Of a stretch of DNA of 64,000 nt, positions 1 through 12,700 are shown one piece after another. The DNA is from Ylistrum balloti (taxonomy: Eukaryota): positions 2,728,001 through 2,792,000 of the forward strand of contig NW_026782081.1 of assembly GCF_031769215.1 (NCBI RefSeq). Direction: 5' to 3'. Numbering within the stretch: the first letter of the stretch is position 1; each line of letters starts with the position of its first letter. The position numbers were made by a program, and so were the translations under genes. The notes below the pieces were generated by a model. That model made no database searches. It was given only the letters and a program-made list of their open reading frames with translations, and was not told where the DNA came from.

Positions 1-1013
1 ATATCGGGGGGAAATCAAATCTAAGGGTTATCCTCGCGATATGCATCATTGTATTTGAGAAGACATTATTGAAGCTCTTTATTGGATACTATCAAATAAT
101 ACAATCTTTGGGAACAGTTGAGTTATATGTACACCAGAGCTGTATTGATTTTGGATTATGACAGCAAGAGAATGTGCAGATGTAACAAATAATACCTTAC
201 GCATAGTCGACAAGATGAGGTAAAGAAAAAATATCCGTGGAATAATTGGTAGTGGACAAAGAGAAGGAGACCAGAGATTCCGGTGTAACGTTGAAAAGGG
301 ACCCGGGATTCATTTTCAACGCTGGTCAATTTTCAAAGTTACGCAGTGTAATCATCTTTTGTGTCATCGGCGACACAATATAAACATAAAACAATGAAAC
401 TTGTTTCTAAAATGCGGTTGAAGAGTATAGAGTGAATATTTCATTAATCAAAATGGACTAGACGATGAAAGAGGCTTCATTTTCAAGATTGATTTAAAAG
501 TCTTGATAATAATAATTCGTCTGGTGTATACATTGTCGTCTCATTACGGCTTGTTTGACAATTCTGAATATGACGAGCCAGAAATCAGTTGTAAGTAAAT
601 CACACAGCCGCTTATAAACTTTGGTTTGGATGTATAATCTAAAGTGGACAGGTATCATTTGTGTTACTGTTATGTCGATGTCGTTAATCAAGTTAATGGA
701 TACCCTTACGCCTTCGAGTTTGTGTGGATATACTCTAGGGGTTCAATCGGTATGATAATGTCTAGAGCGGAACCTTTTGACTTCAAATTGTTGAAAAACT
801 CGAGTGTAATATGGCTTTCCAACATATAAACAATACAGGTTTATCGTGAGATAATATTGTTACATTCAACAAATTGGAAGTTATACACCACAGAGGAAAA
901 CTTCTTCATTTGTTATCGATTTCATGCTTATCCACCTTTATTTCATATCTTGTAAATGCCAACGAGAGATAATTGAAAACGTATGGTCAAATGCTGCTCT
1001 TTGTTGATAATAG

Positions 1014-2854
1014 AGACTGGTTTGCGAGGGATTTACGTTGCAGACAAGAGGAATATCACTGATGCAATATCCGATTGCACAAAACACCATGAAGGACAAC
1101 TGGCGTCAGATGAACATCTTAGAAATGTATTACAAAATTGCCTGGATTTTGCAGACGACATTTGGGTTATTGAAATATCATTTTCTCGCGCAGGTATGAT
1201 ATAAAATTGAACTAATAATTAATCTTAAAGTTCGATGATTGTCCAATATTCTTTAGATCTACCTGTGATTGACTGCGGTCATAATTCATTTAGATAATAT
1301 CTTATAAATAAAATAATGATATTTTTACTGGTCAGATAATCTCTCGGACAGCTGTGCTGAAATGAACCAAAACGGTGAATTGAAAACGGGAGGCTGTACA
1401 GAGGAACGGGCTTTTGTCTGCATATCGCAAAGTATGTGTAACTGTCTATGAAATGAATGTTAAACAATGTAGCGAAAACAAAAACAAATAATAAAAATAA
1501 AAAAATAAAAACTAAAACAATCCGCGCCTACATGTTGTTCCAATCGTTTATCTTTGTATCTTCAGTAATTAAAATTCGAACATATATCTAAGATAATATC
1601 TGCGCAGACAGAGTGAGATCTGATTGAAATAGGGTCAGGTCTCATTTAGTTGAAATCATCTCTTTTTTTATGTCAAGTAAGCATCAATGTTAAGTTATGT
1701 TTGTTATCATTATACATCGACATAGATCAATAAAGTAAGTCGGATCAATGAAAGTGATTCTTTTTTTCCCCAAGAAAACAACCAGACTGATTCTTCCTGT
1801 GCTGGATTTCCAACTGTGACCAAATCGAAATCTTCTACCTCCATCTCTGGTAACCGGTTATTGATTATTGCAACATAACTATACGAAACATCTTAAGAAT
1901 GCGATACATTTTATTCTATACGTGATATATGGTAACAGGATATCATTGCCATTAGTTTATAAATAATGTTTGCGATTTTACTTTGCAGCAGGGCTAATAG
2001 GTGGAATTATAGCTGTTTGCATAATTCTATCTGTCTTTGTGATTCTTGGAATCGGACTGCTCTGTCGACGAAGAAGGTATATCATTTAAAGTGATACATA
2101 AAATGTATCGAGTATGAACATTTAATTCTGATACAAATTATAACCTGTTGTTTAATTTTTAAATATCAGTGTTTTTTATTGACAAGAGACATTACCAAGC
2201 TTAAACATGACAATGTATATACACATCGTGTGGTGTATAAATGAACTCAAATCTCATTTCAGAAAATGTGAGAAAGAGGCAGATTGCGTGTTGAACTCTG
2301 CGTATGGGCTACAAGACAGCTCAATAGTAGGTTCATTGCAAACGGAAGGAGAAACAAAACTTCAATACTCAGAGAGCTATGCCAATGCCTTGGAAAAGGC
2401 AGAAATACATGTGCGGGATTCCAAACATTCAAATATATATATAAATAACAACGCTGGAGATATTGTGACAGAAGAGCAATATGAAATATTTGGAGATAAT
2501 GATCGGATGTATGCTTTATCGGATGCTACTCCAGAATATGAGAACTACACAAATGATACTAATTCCACGAAAGACGTTTTAGAAGACTATTCACTGAGTG
2601 ACTCTATCAATAGTCCAAAATCAACTAATACTAATTACCGCCCTTTATCAAGCACAGACAATCTACCGGAGGAAGAATACAACACTTTTGCAAACCAACT
2701 CGATGACTTGCCACCTTCTGATACTTATGACCATGTTCATGACGTAGCAGAAGATGGATATGACCAATTTCAGCCGAGATCAAGTAACAGGTCGAATTTC
2801 ACTGAAGACGACGAAACGGGATACATGCAGTCAACTTTTCCGGAGTGTATATAA
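1014..2854 (+). CDS. Receptor R1: type-I membrane protein with degenerate CTLD, short stalk, TM helix and tyrosine-rich cytoplasmic tail (5' exons not resolved)
   Basis: Phase-consistent GT-AG exons: 1014-1193 (YVADKRNITDAISDC..GQLAS..NC..DDIW), 1336-1431 (SDSCAEMNQNGELKTGGCTEERAFVC), 1775-1849 (Ser/Thr stalk), 1989-2076 (TM GLIGGIIAVCIILSVFVILGIGLLC followed by RRRR) and 2263-2854 (tail with 14 Tyr, ends TAA). No convincing signal-peptide exon was found upstream. Confidence 0.8.
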
Positions 2855-5800
2855 TAGGTTTACTCAGTTGCAATTTTTTTCTTCTATGTCTGTATATCCG
2901 AGATGAGCTGACATGTAACATGAATCATAAAAAATACAAAGTGAATGATATATGTCATTTATAGATACTGATTTACTGACAAAATTAACAGTTTGTTAAC
3001 ATTGAAGTATCTCTATAAAACTGATTTGCTGACAAAGCTGAAAAAATAACAATCTTTATAAAATACTGCCCTGTCATGAGAATATATGAATGCAATAACA
3101 AATGTTTGAAATGATACTATTTGAAGAAGAAATGCAATAACTGTTAATATATCCAGATATAATATAATCGTAGAATGTTCTCCCAAATTCTTATGTTAAT
3201 TAATTGAACTTTAAATTCAAATCATCGACGCTCTCGTAGACAGTTCTGCGATGATTACCAACGATTTCTTTACAAAAAATGTATCATAATAGTGCTAGTC
3301 GTTGACAAATATCATTTGATCAGAATCAGATTAAGGCTAGATTATGACACTTTTCGTCTTTCACTTTTAATTGTATGCTTTTGTTAAATTGCTGATGCAT
3401 TGTTAGGGGTCTCCCTGGACGTTTCTATGGCACTTTTGATACTATATAATTAAGTTCTGAGGATTTCAATGTTTATTTTAAAAATATGATTATCACATGC
3501 AGGACTGTTGAAAATACTTTAAAAGGAATCTTGTTATCGTTATTTCTGGAGAAGTATAGGAAAGATCTTACTAAGAGATTTCATTTCAGAATATTTTATT
3601 GATACAAACAACCAAAAGGATTAGACAGCAGGCCAAAGCCTATTTAAGTCTTCTCCCAAGATAATACGGTGGTCAGATATAACCATACATACATACCTTA
3701 CATTACATACATACAATCATTAATTTATGTTGACAGACTTATCAATTTTAAATTATGGGAGACAACTCGATTATTTTAAGGTCTTTTCAGTTTACTATGT
3801 CTTATAATATTAAATGTGCATTACATGTACTTTCTCTATCATATAAAAGGGGTTTGGGCAAGAGTTCGTAACAAAGTTCCACTTAGTCCCTTACTGTGCG
3901 CTTTCAATTTTGAAATGCACAGAAAAAATACCATAAGGCCGACTATCCATCTTTAATTAGACGCTTGCTATTTAAAATTGCTTCTTTCTCAACCATAATC
4001 TGTAAAAAATAATTTAGAGGTTTTAGTACGTATTGATGTTGGAGGTGTATTGTATAATGAAAGGAAAATTCGACTCCACTCGACCTCCCTAATCTCTCTC
4101 TATAAATACGTACTACACAGAACTTTCGAAAAAATCCTACTATTCCTATTTGATTGATGAATTTATATGCGTAGTTCTCAAAAAGTTTTTGATCTTTACA
4201 TTAAAAAAGAGGAGGAAAGATAATCGATTAACCTTGCTTTGAACCAATAATAATGATATAGATTTTAATATCGATATCTCTCGAAGATTTCTTGCTTTTG
4301 AACTTTCTTGTTATATACAATACAATTTCACGGTTTTTATCAATTCAACTACGTGTCCTATCGTACTGATTTCGTATGATAATGTTGCCGTGATTAGTTC
4401 AGTCACTAATCACAATTTTTATGTGTTCAGTGCTGTATGTTTCACCTCTGTCATATTGCTAGCGATTGACCTTAACCAATCATGTATTTTAGCTGTAATT
4501 TTACCAGTATTGATGTGCTGTCTATGTTTGTATTTTATTTTTATTTTGACAACGCAGAAAAAATGTAGCTCCATTAATGAATTGAAATTATATTTTTGTA
4601 TAAGGTTTACAAGAGAACAAAAAACATTTCAAGACAAAAACGTGAAAAACCCTCCCAAAGATGTGTTTAAAGATTTTTTAATATTTTCAGAATAGTTTGA
4701 GGTGTTGTAAACTAAGAACTGGTTTCTTAACATGTCAACATTAAACACATATATAAAAACATTTGGGTTAGAACATTAACGGACACATAAAATGAGAGAG
4801 CCGCTCAATTAGGCGTATATATGATGCTTAGGTTTAAATATACATGTACATTTAGACTACCTGTGCGGATAGATTAGAGGTTCAGTTGTTTTTTGAGTGT
4901 GCAATTAAGAGGTTAAAAATCAAAATAAATTAAAAAACATAAAATTAAATAAAAAATGCGCATATAATGAATTGCGGTTAACGGTGTATTACGTGTTTTA
5001 ATAACGTTTTTTTACCATTAGCATTTCAAATTACATCGTTTCATAAAGTACTTTCACACACGTTTTCCTAAGGCAAATCACACTCTTCACATGCCTAATT
5101 AACTGGGAAATGTCCCCTTATGACCTCGTGCGGGCAAATGTCAAATTCAGTTGTAATCGATGCTTTAATACAAATGAGTTTTGCGTTCTTCGCCGTTCAT
5201 CATATTCGCAAAACACTTTAACAAAAGTTCCCTCTGTTTATTATCAAAATACTTAAACACAACGTCTCAAGGTTTCAGCTCAAACTTTAAAATTGATCCA
5301 AATTTGTTAAAAAGGAGCGCAAATTTTGAAATTTAGCTCTGATTGATATCCAATTGACTTTAAAAGATAAAATTGTCGTTTTACGGGGTGTTATCAACAC
5401 CATCATTTGCCATCCTTTTCAATCATGTACCAGCTAATTAGATATGATTTCGATACTTGCAGTGTCGGAGCAATGGTTTGTAATAACAATAATAACCTTT
5501 ACTAAGGTATTATTTTTTGTTGTCGTTTTCAGTTTTCATGCCAATAAAGAATTAAATTAATTGAATGAACGTTATTGTATTGTATATAATGTTGAATTGG
5601 AGTTCTACTCATTGTTGCGACAGTAACACATTTTCGTTTATTATTCCCGATATCAGGAAAGCATGAAAATTTTAAATTGTCTTAATTGTTTATATCGACA
5701 TTACCTTATACAATGACGCCAAGGTTGTTATTAGTTAGAAGGTTATTTAAAACATCATCAAACAGGAAAGATAATAAAAAATTATTCAGTGTAGAACTTT

Positions 5801-6790
5801 AGATGAACCATTAAAGTGCTTATGCCCTATGATTCTTTAACGACAAAAAAAAAAAAAAAAAAAAAAACCCACCAAACATACTCACAACATGTACTGCATT
5901 ACGTAAGCAGTGCTTCTTATAGATATGAGAAAATATATTTCGATCCATGATGATCAAATGACTGAATTAATCATATTGCAGGTTGACATGTATATACTGT
6001 AGTTAACACACAGTAGTGTAAAACGTACTAAACCCAATTCACAAGAAGCCGTTTCGTTCCCGTAAAAATAATGGGATTTATTTGCTATTAAACAATATGT
6101 AGGACGACCATGGATTCTGATTCTGCCAGAAGACAATGTAAATGAAAACGTATCATTCCAAAATATATTGGCTTCTTTTGTACCAAAAGCGAAGTGTGAT
6201 AAAGACGTCATAACATACTTGAACTCTAAAACTGTCCTATCTATGTCTGTTTTTAAGTTATATTGCTATGAATTCCAATGGCGGTATCCTGCCTGCTTCC
6301 GACCCTCGTCTGTGCCAGCCAAATATCGAAGAGAAGTCATACATTAACCAACTAAACTCAATATTTTAAACCTGAATTCTGTTAGCTTCCACTACTTTAT
6401 AAAAATCATGTATATAGTAAGTGATTTGTTACTTTTTGAATGGTATAAAGTATATGTATATATCCTTCCCTATCTTTTAGTTGAATTTATTTCGTAATTA
6501 TTAGAATCTCGCTCCAATGAACATATCAATCGTGAAGTTGAAAAAAATATTCATGAACCCATATCGACGAGGTTTTAGTTCGTGGACTGAATACATTGTA
6601 CATTTCAAATCAATCAAATCAGTTTAAAGAAAAATCTTCCATTTATTCGGGTTATCTAGAAAACAAAAACATTATAAAACTTGAAAACATATTAAAAGTG
6701 ACTATTTGAAAAGCAAATAAGATGTATGGTCACAACATTTGCTGGGTAAAATTACAATATATGATTCAGCACTTTTTCAATGTCATTTAT

Positions 6791-9700
6791 CTAAAGAGGA
6801 AGATCAGGATTTGTATGACCAGATATGTCGTAATCTGTTTCATTTTCAGTTCCCAAATTCAGAAGACCGTATCCGTCGGTCTCGACATGATCGTAGGGAC
6901 TAGCAGCTGCTTCATCAGTCATTGCTTTTTTCATATCCGCAAACGTATTATAGATACCGGGTGGTATTTCTGGACGAGAACACAGTGTATAGCCACCATT
7001 ACGCGATTCGGTATTACTCGGAGATGAGGAACATGGTATAAAACGATCATTTTCCTTTGCTAATGTGGATGTTTTATCATCAGTTTGAACCTTGGCGGGC
7101 TGTGTTGCTAGCCTACCACTCATATCGAAGTAACCCGTTGAAGTATTCCTAACCTGGATGTATGGGTTTCCTTTGTTGGCCTTAGTTTCATTCTGTTCTG
7201 ATTTGTCATAACCCGTAGTAATAATGGCATAGTCTGGTTCAAGCGCAGCACAGCTGTTTATGTAAGGATTTTCGTTGAGAGGAATATTCGTATCGTATGC
7301 ATTATTGAGAAATGAATGCAATCCTGAACTTGCTGTGTTGTTATTTGCGTTCCATTTCCGCTTTCTACAAATAAAATGATCAAACCTAATAAATGATAAA
7401 GATATGAAAGCCAGTTTATAACATTATTATCTTATTTGGATATCTTGATGTTTAATAATTATGTTTTACCATTTATTTTTATTAATTGATGAGTATTATG
7501 TTTATCACATATTATCCTTTATTTGTGTTTCCTCAATGTATTTAACTTTGATTTTACTAATTTACAAAAGAGCTTGTCGAATAGTGTTCGTTTATCTGAC
7601 CTAAACAGTACCTTCTGTGTACAATGGCAGATAATGTAGTGCCGATGGCGAGAAGAAGAGTGAATATAGCGACTATCGTCCATATCATTGCTGAAATTAA
7701 ACAAAATCATTTATGTAAACAGTAGATATTTATATTTCTACATAATAAATAGCTGTGGAACAGAGTTGAGGGAGAAAATGATAAAAAGACCGAATACAAT
7801 GGCAATATACATCACAGCTGTATTCCAGCTCTAATTAGGAAACAACTGTTTTTTATTATCCTTAATAAAGACAATCTACGTGTTAACAGAAAGAAATGTA
7901 AGTTCATGGTATTTCTAAACCTATGCAATACGATATTAGTTACGTTGGATACAAGCTTACCTGCATTGGATGCTGTATCCTGTTTAAAAGTTTTTTCTAA
8001 TAGGAAATTTTTACAAGATGTCCCATCAATGTCGTTACCTGGGTGTAAATATAAAATACTGTATGTATATCATGATATATAGTGTGTAATCCGAAATTCT
8101 TAAAGTTTATCATTCATAAAATGAAGGTTCTAAACAAAGAAATCATACTTAAACACGATGCCTGTTTTGCCATGGATGAACTACCATTCCAGTATTTTCT
8201 AATCAAGCTAAAAGAATATACGATATCAATATTTCAATTTCGAAGGTTGACGTATAAATTAGTAAGTGGAAATTCATTTAACTTTTTACTCATGTAAGTA
8301 GTATCGAAACATTTCATTTAGCTGGTAATTTCAATTGAATAGAAGCGCTTTTAATATAACATTTAAAAGATTCAATCTTATTTATGACCAAGTGCTAAAT
8401 AAAAGACCTTGTTACCATCGTTCGTATGTCCTTTACATAATCTCCTAACCATTTTGTCACAATATTTTCCTATTGTATGTATAGAATAATAGTACTGCCG
8501 AACCGAATCAGTACCATCTCGTACACTCCATCAGCCAGTATTAACATGCTTTCGCCAGTCATTTGTCTTATGACAGTGTTGTCTTTGAAACGTCAATCTT
8601 AAATCTTCTACTGATTGTATTATATGAATTGGCATCCTTCACATATAAGAAGCTTTTTATGTGATTTATCAAGATTTCGTTCTGGTATTAAATATGCAGT
8701 TGTATCTAATAGTAAACTTACGTTCGTGTATGCAAAGGAAACGTTTTTTATTACTGCAGCTGATGTTGTATAAATCACCAAAACTGACATACTGGCAAAC
8801 AATATCAGATTTATTCTGCATTTCTGTAAAGAACAAACAATATGATACATTAATCACAGGAACTCGGTAACTGAATTGTATTACTCTCACTCCAGCATTG
8901 TAATATAGAAACAAATGTTCCAAGTGTGAATCAACCAAACTGAAATACCAGATCTCATACATTTCTATAAAGAGCAGGTTGTTTAATGATTGCAATAATC
9001 CATGGGTATACATTGTCTCTATCCACCAATACTGATACGTATAAAAATATAAAACATTTCACTGTATTTTATGTTAGGTCATTGATGAAGGCTACCAGTG
9101 GTAAATGCAGCACCTAACATACTGCAGAAACTTTCATAGAAGTTTGAAACAATTGCTTACGTTTTTGATGGTTTGATGTCTGTGTCCAAATGTCGGCTAC
9201 GTTATCAGTGCAATTTTCAAACAGCAGTTGAATATTGCTCCATGTTGCTAAGCTTCCTTTCATTTCATCAACGCAGTATGTTTTAGCATCATTGTACGTC
9301 AACTGTAACCCCACGTACACTGCGGACAGCTGCTCCACTGTTCGATCAAGACATAGACAGCGAAGTCATTAGCAACTTAATTCGTCATATCGAGTTTAAG
9401 TAAATATGATTCACTGGAATTGTGTTGGAGTATAAATACCTATATGATATAATGTACTAATCTTCTCTGAAATCATTTTACCATTGAAAAGAACTGATTT
9501 GTAAGCAAGATATACGATAAATCATAAAATACCCATACACAGGTTATAGCAGTATTCTGTTATCGTTTAGAACATATACATACAATTGAAAATCCAAACA
9601 ACAAATTGTTACAAAATACTACCAAAAATATATTGAATTACCTGCAAAACAACGCTTGTCATCAGTATGCCATACAGTGTAACCTTTTTCTTCACAAAGA

Positions 9701-12700
9701 CATCTGTTTATGTAAGCTTCTGTCCGACATACAAGGTTACTTTGACATTCACTTGAAGTAGCACAAGCGCTATTGAATGATTTTTCTGTAAACAAAAACA
9801 GTACATAAAAAGCTAAAGTAATTTATCTAGTAAATCATGCTGCAATCACGTCTTATATGGACAAATGTTTTTACATACCTACATATGTCAACGTAATTGT
9901 ATCTGCTATAATATAACCGAAATCCTTCATTGTTTTTTCCATTTCTGAGTATTAAAAACATTCTTTACATTTTAATTGAGATATTGAATGTTTCGATAAA
10001 CTGACAAATTCTGGCTTTCCTTTTAACCAAAACATGTGTAATCTATCACTAATTTCTTGGTTACGGATAATGACAATATCGAGTAAAAAGAAACGATCTT
10101 AATTTCATACATCAGATATGGATGAACATAATTGCTTTCTGTATACATTATCGAATACTTTACAAGTGTATTTTTTCTTCCGAGTTTTGTCATCACATTC
10201 ATCTACATGCAGACATATGTTATATGAGCAGTATGAAAATGAACGGCTACTTCAGTGCGTACTTGTGTGACAGGTAGAGGTTGAGGAATCCAAAAACGTG
10301 TTATTCTCATCCTTACATTGACAAATCCTTCTGCCAGTGTACTGTTGGCTACACACAAGGTTACCTCTACAACCTTCTGGTATGTCATCAAAACAAGTAT
10401 CGTTGTAACGGGATTCTACAAAGAGAACATAGTCAGTGAAGTAATTTACAAGCAATACGGTGGTAAATCTAACAAAATACAAGGAAACACCATTAATATA
10501 GAATATCATTCAACAAATTGAATAACACAATAATTCTGCGAATTCAGAGAGCTATAAGTAGATATCCTTGTGCATGATTTTTGTTTTGTTTTTTTATCTG
10601 TCTCAAGCATAAAGATGTATCATGATACATGTAAACCACAATAGGTCAATCGAAATTCAGACAAAGTTTATCGTTGCTAATGAGATATAAATCAAAGATA
10701 TGGGCAAAAATAACAAAATATTGTCATTCACCAGTGTTCTGGTTAAACACGATTTTAGTTTTGATTGATCGCAGCTTTAAGGAGTTTTAATGATTACTGC
10801 TGATAAGGGCTAACAATTACCAATAGAAAACGTATTGCAGAAAACATATCTGCAGAAAATGATGAGTACCGCTCATGCAAGACCTTTCAATTTAAAATAT
10901 TGTTCTTAGTTAATATAATTATTTGACAGCATCTGTTCTAACTTTGAATAGAAATATAGATCGAATATATATTTATCTAACTTACTTGTCTTACATGCTG
11001 ATGCTGATGGATCCCAATACATGTTTTCCTCTTCGTAACAACGACACGCAGTGCCATTGTTCTGTTGACGACACACAAGATTACTTTTACAGCTTTCATG
11101 AGTGTTCTCGTAACATGTCTCGTTGTAATCAGATTCTGAAATGAGTTGTATTACTTCATTAATGTCGTATCTAGTTTTCAGAAGCGCAACCCCTTCGTTG
11201 ATTTCAAATAAAGATTCAAATGAATTTTTATCTGAGATTGCGAATACAAACACATCTATTAGAAGCAATGTAACCAAATGACTAATTAACTTGCACTATG
11301 CAACTGTTCCGTCCTTCTTTGATTCATTGGTGAATCTAAGGCCTAAATTTTGAAATCTATGTGAATCTGAGATTAAGTCAAAGTTAAGAATGGTAATACT
11401 AGGAAATTCTTAGATCTTAAGTTATCGTTTCCACCTTGAATATCAATTACAGTAATGTAGTAAAAATTACAAAAGTACAAAAAAACCCCACTATTTTCTT
11501 AGTCTTCTCCCAAGTTATGAAACCTCTTCAATATAAAGTCTTATATACTTTCCTCTTATTTGAATCACTCTCTCTCTTATGGTTATGCAAAATAGAACAC
11601 ATCAATTAATCAGGTGTTTCAGGATTCCATGCATTTAAAACCGCTTTGTACTCAATTGTCAAGTATGTATACGTATCGCATGTATATATTATTAGCTGTT
11701 AATGATGTTAGAGATCGCAATCTTTCAAAGCATCTATGTTGCTTGATGTTTCCTGTACTACTACGTGCCGATGTTCTTGCGGACAGGTGGACAGACTGAC
11801 AAAATCATATACATACACAGTACGTGGTAGACTCATCTAATCATGTTTTTAATCTGAATGCTTGATATTGACATGCTTAATTATTGTGTAGAAGAGAATG
11901 TTTTCAATGGGAGGCAATTTTTCAATGTTACATCACTCGGCCAAACTTAAAAAAAAACATAAGACACACAGCTTCAAAGATGCAGTAGAAATAAATGGTA
12001 ATCTAATCTGTTTTATACATCTATTTCGTCCTCTTTGAAGTATTACCTATATACTGTCCTCATTAAGCTACTTACTAGGTTTACATTCTGTTTGTCTATC
12101 GTCCCAGAACACGTCTTTTGAACATAGACAAGAGCTTGTATCGTTATCACAAACGAGTGTGTTTGCACAGTTGTTTTGTATAGTAAGATTACAAGACGCA
12201 TTGTACCTCGACTCTGAAACAGGCAAAAACACCGTAAACATTTAAAAGTAGTTATCAAAACACCGAGTTATCATCAGACATTAAGGAATCCTAATATGGT
12301 AAACAAATATTTAACGATTGGACTGGCTTCACAAATAGACATATGATACATATACGTATATTATGTTACACTTTCATAGTATTATAATATACGGGGGAAA
12401 GTTCTGCATTTGCTTTCATTGGCAGCATTTATTAGTAGAAGATATAAATGTTAGAAAAAGAAGGCTAACTGTTTTTACATGTCGATGATACACTGTCCCA
12501 GAACATGGTCGTTTCGTCAGAACAAAGACATGTTTGTTTCCCCTCTGACGTGACGCATATAGAGTTCCCTTTACACTGTTTTGCAGGCTCACATGATGAT
12601 CCATAAGATACTGATTAGAAACAAAATACATGTGTAAAGGTTATGTAGTTATTGTTTATATATATCCAGATATATATATATATATTTAGAAAGTTTTGTT

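Noticed and set aside
487-830. Candidate upstream exons of R1 (hydrophobic 487-590; CRC..W..C EB-like pattern at 652-770)
   Set aside because: The phases do not chain cleanly, there is no in-frame ATG, and the EB-like frame has two stops, so the R1 5' end is left unresolved.
4390-4695. 101-aa hydrophobic ORF downstream of R1
   Set aside because: It starts at GTG, has T-rich low-complexity composition, and shows no motif or splice support.
11136-11154. GT..AG 19-nt micro-intron candidate in R2
   Set aside because: It is too short for a metazoan intron and would break the frame; the region reads through in frame without it.
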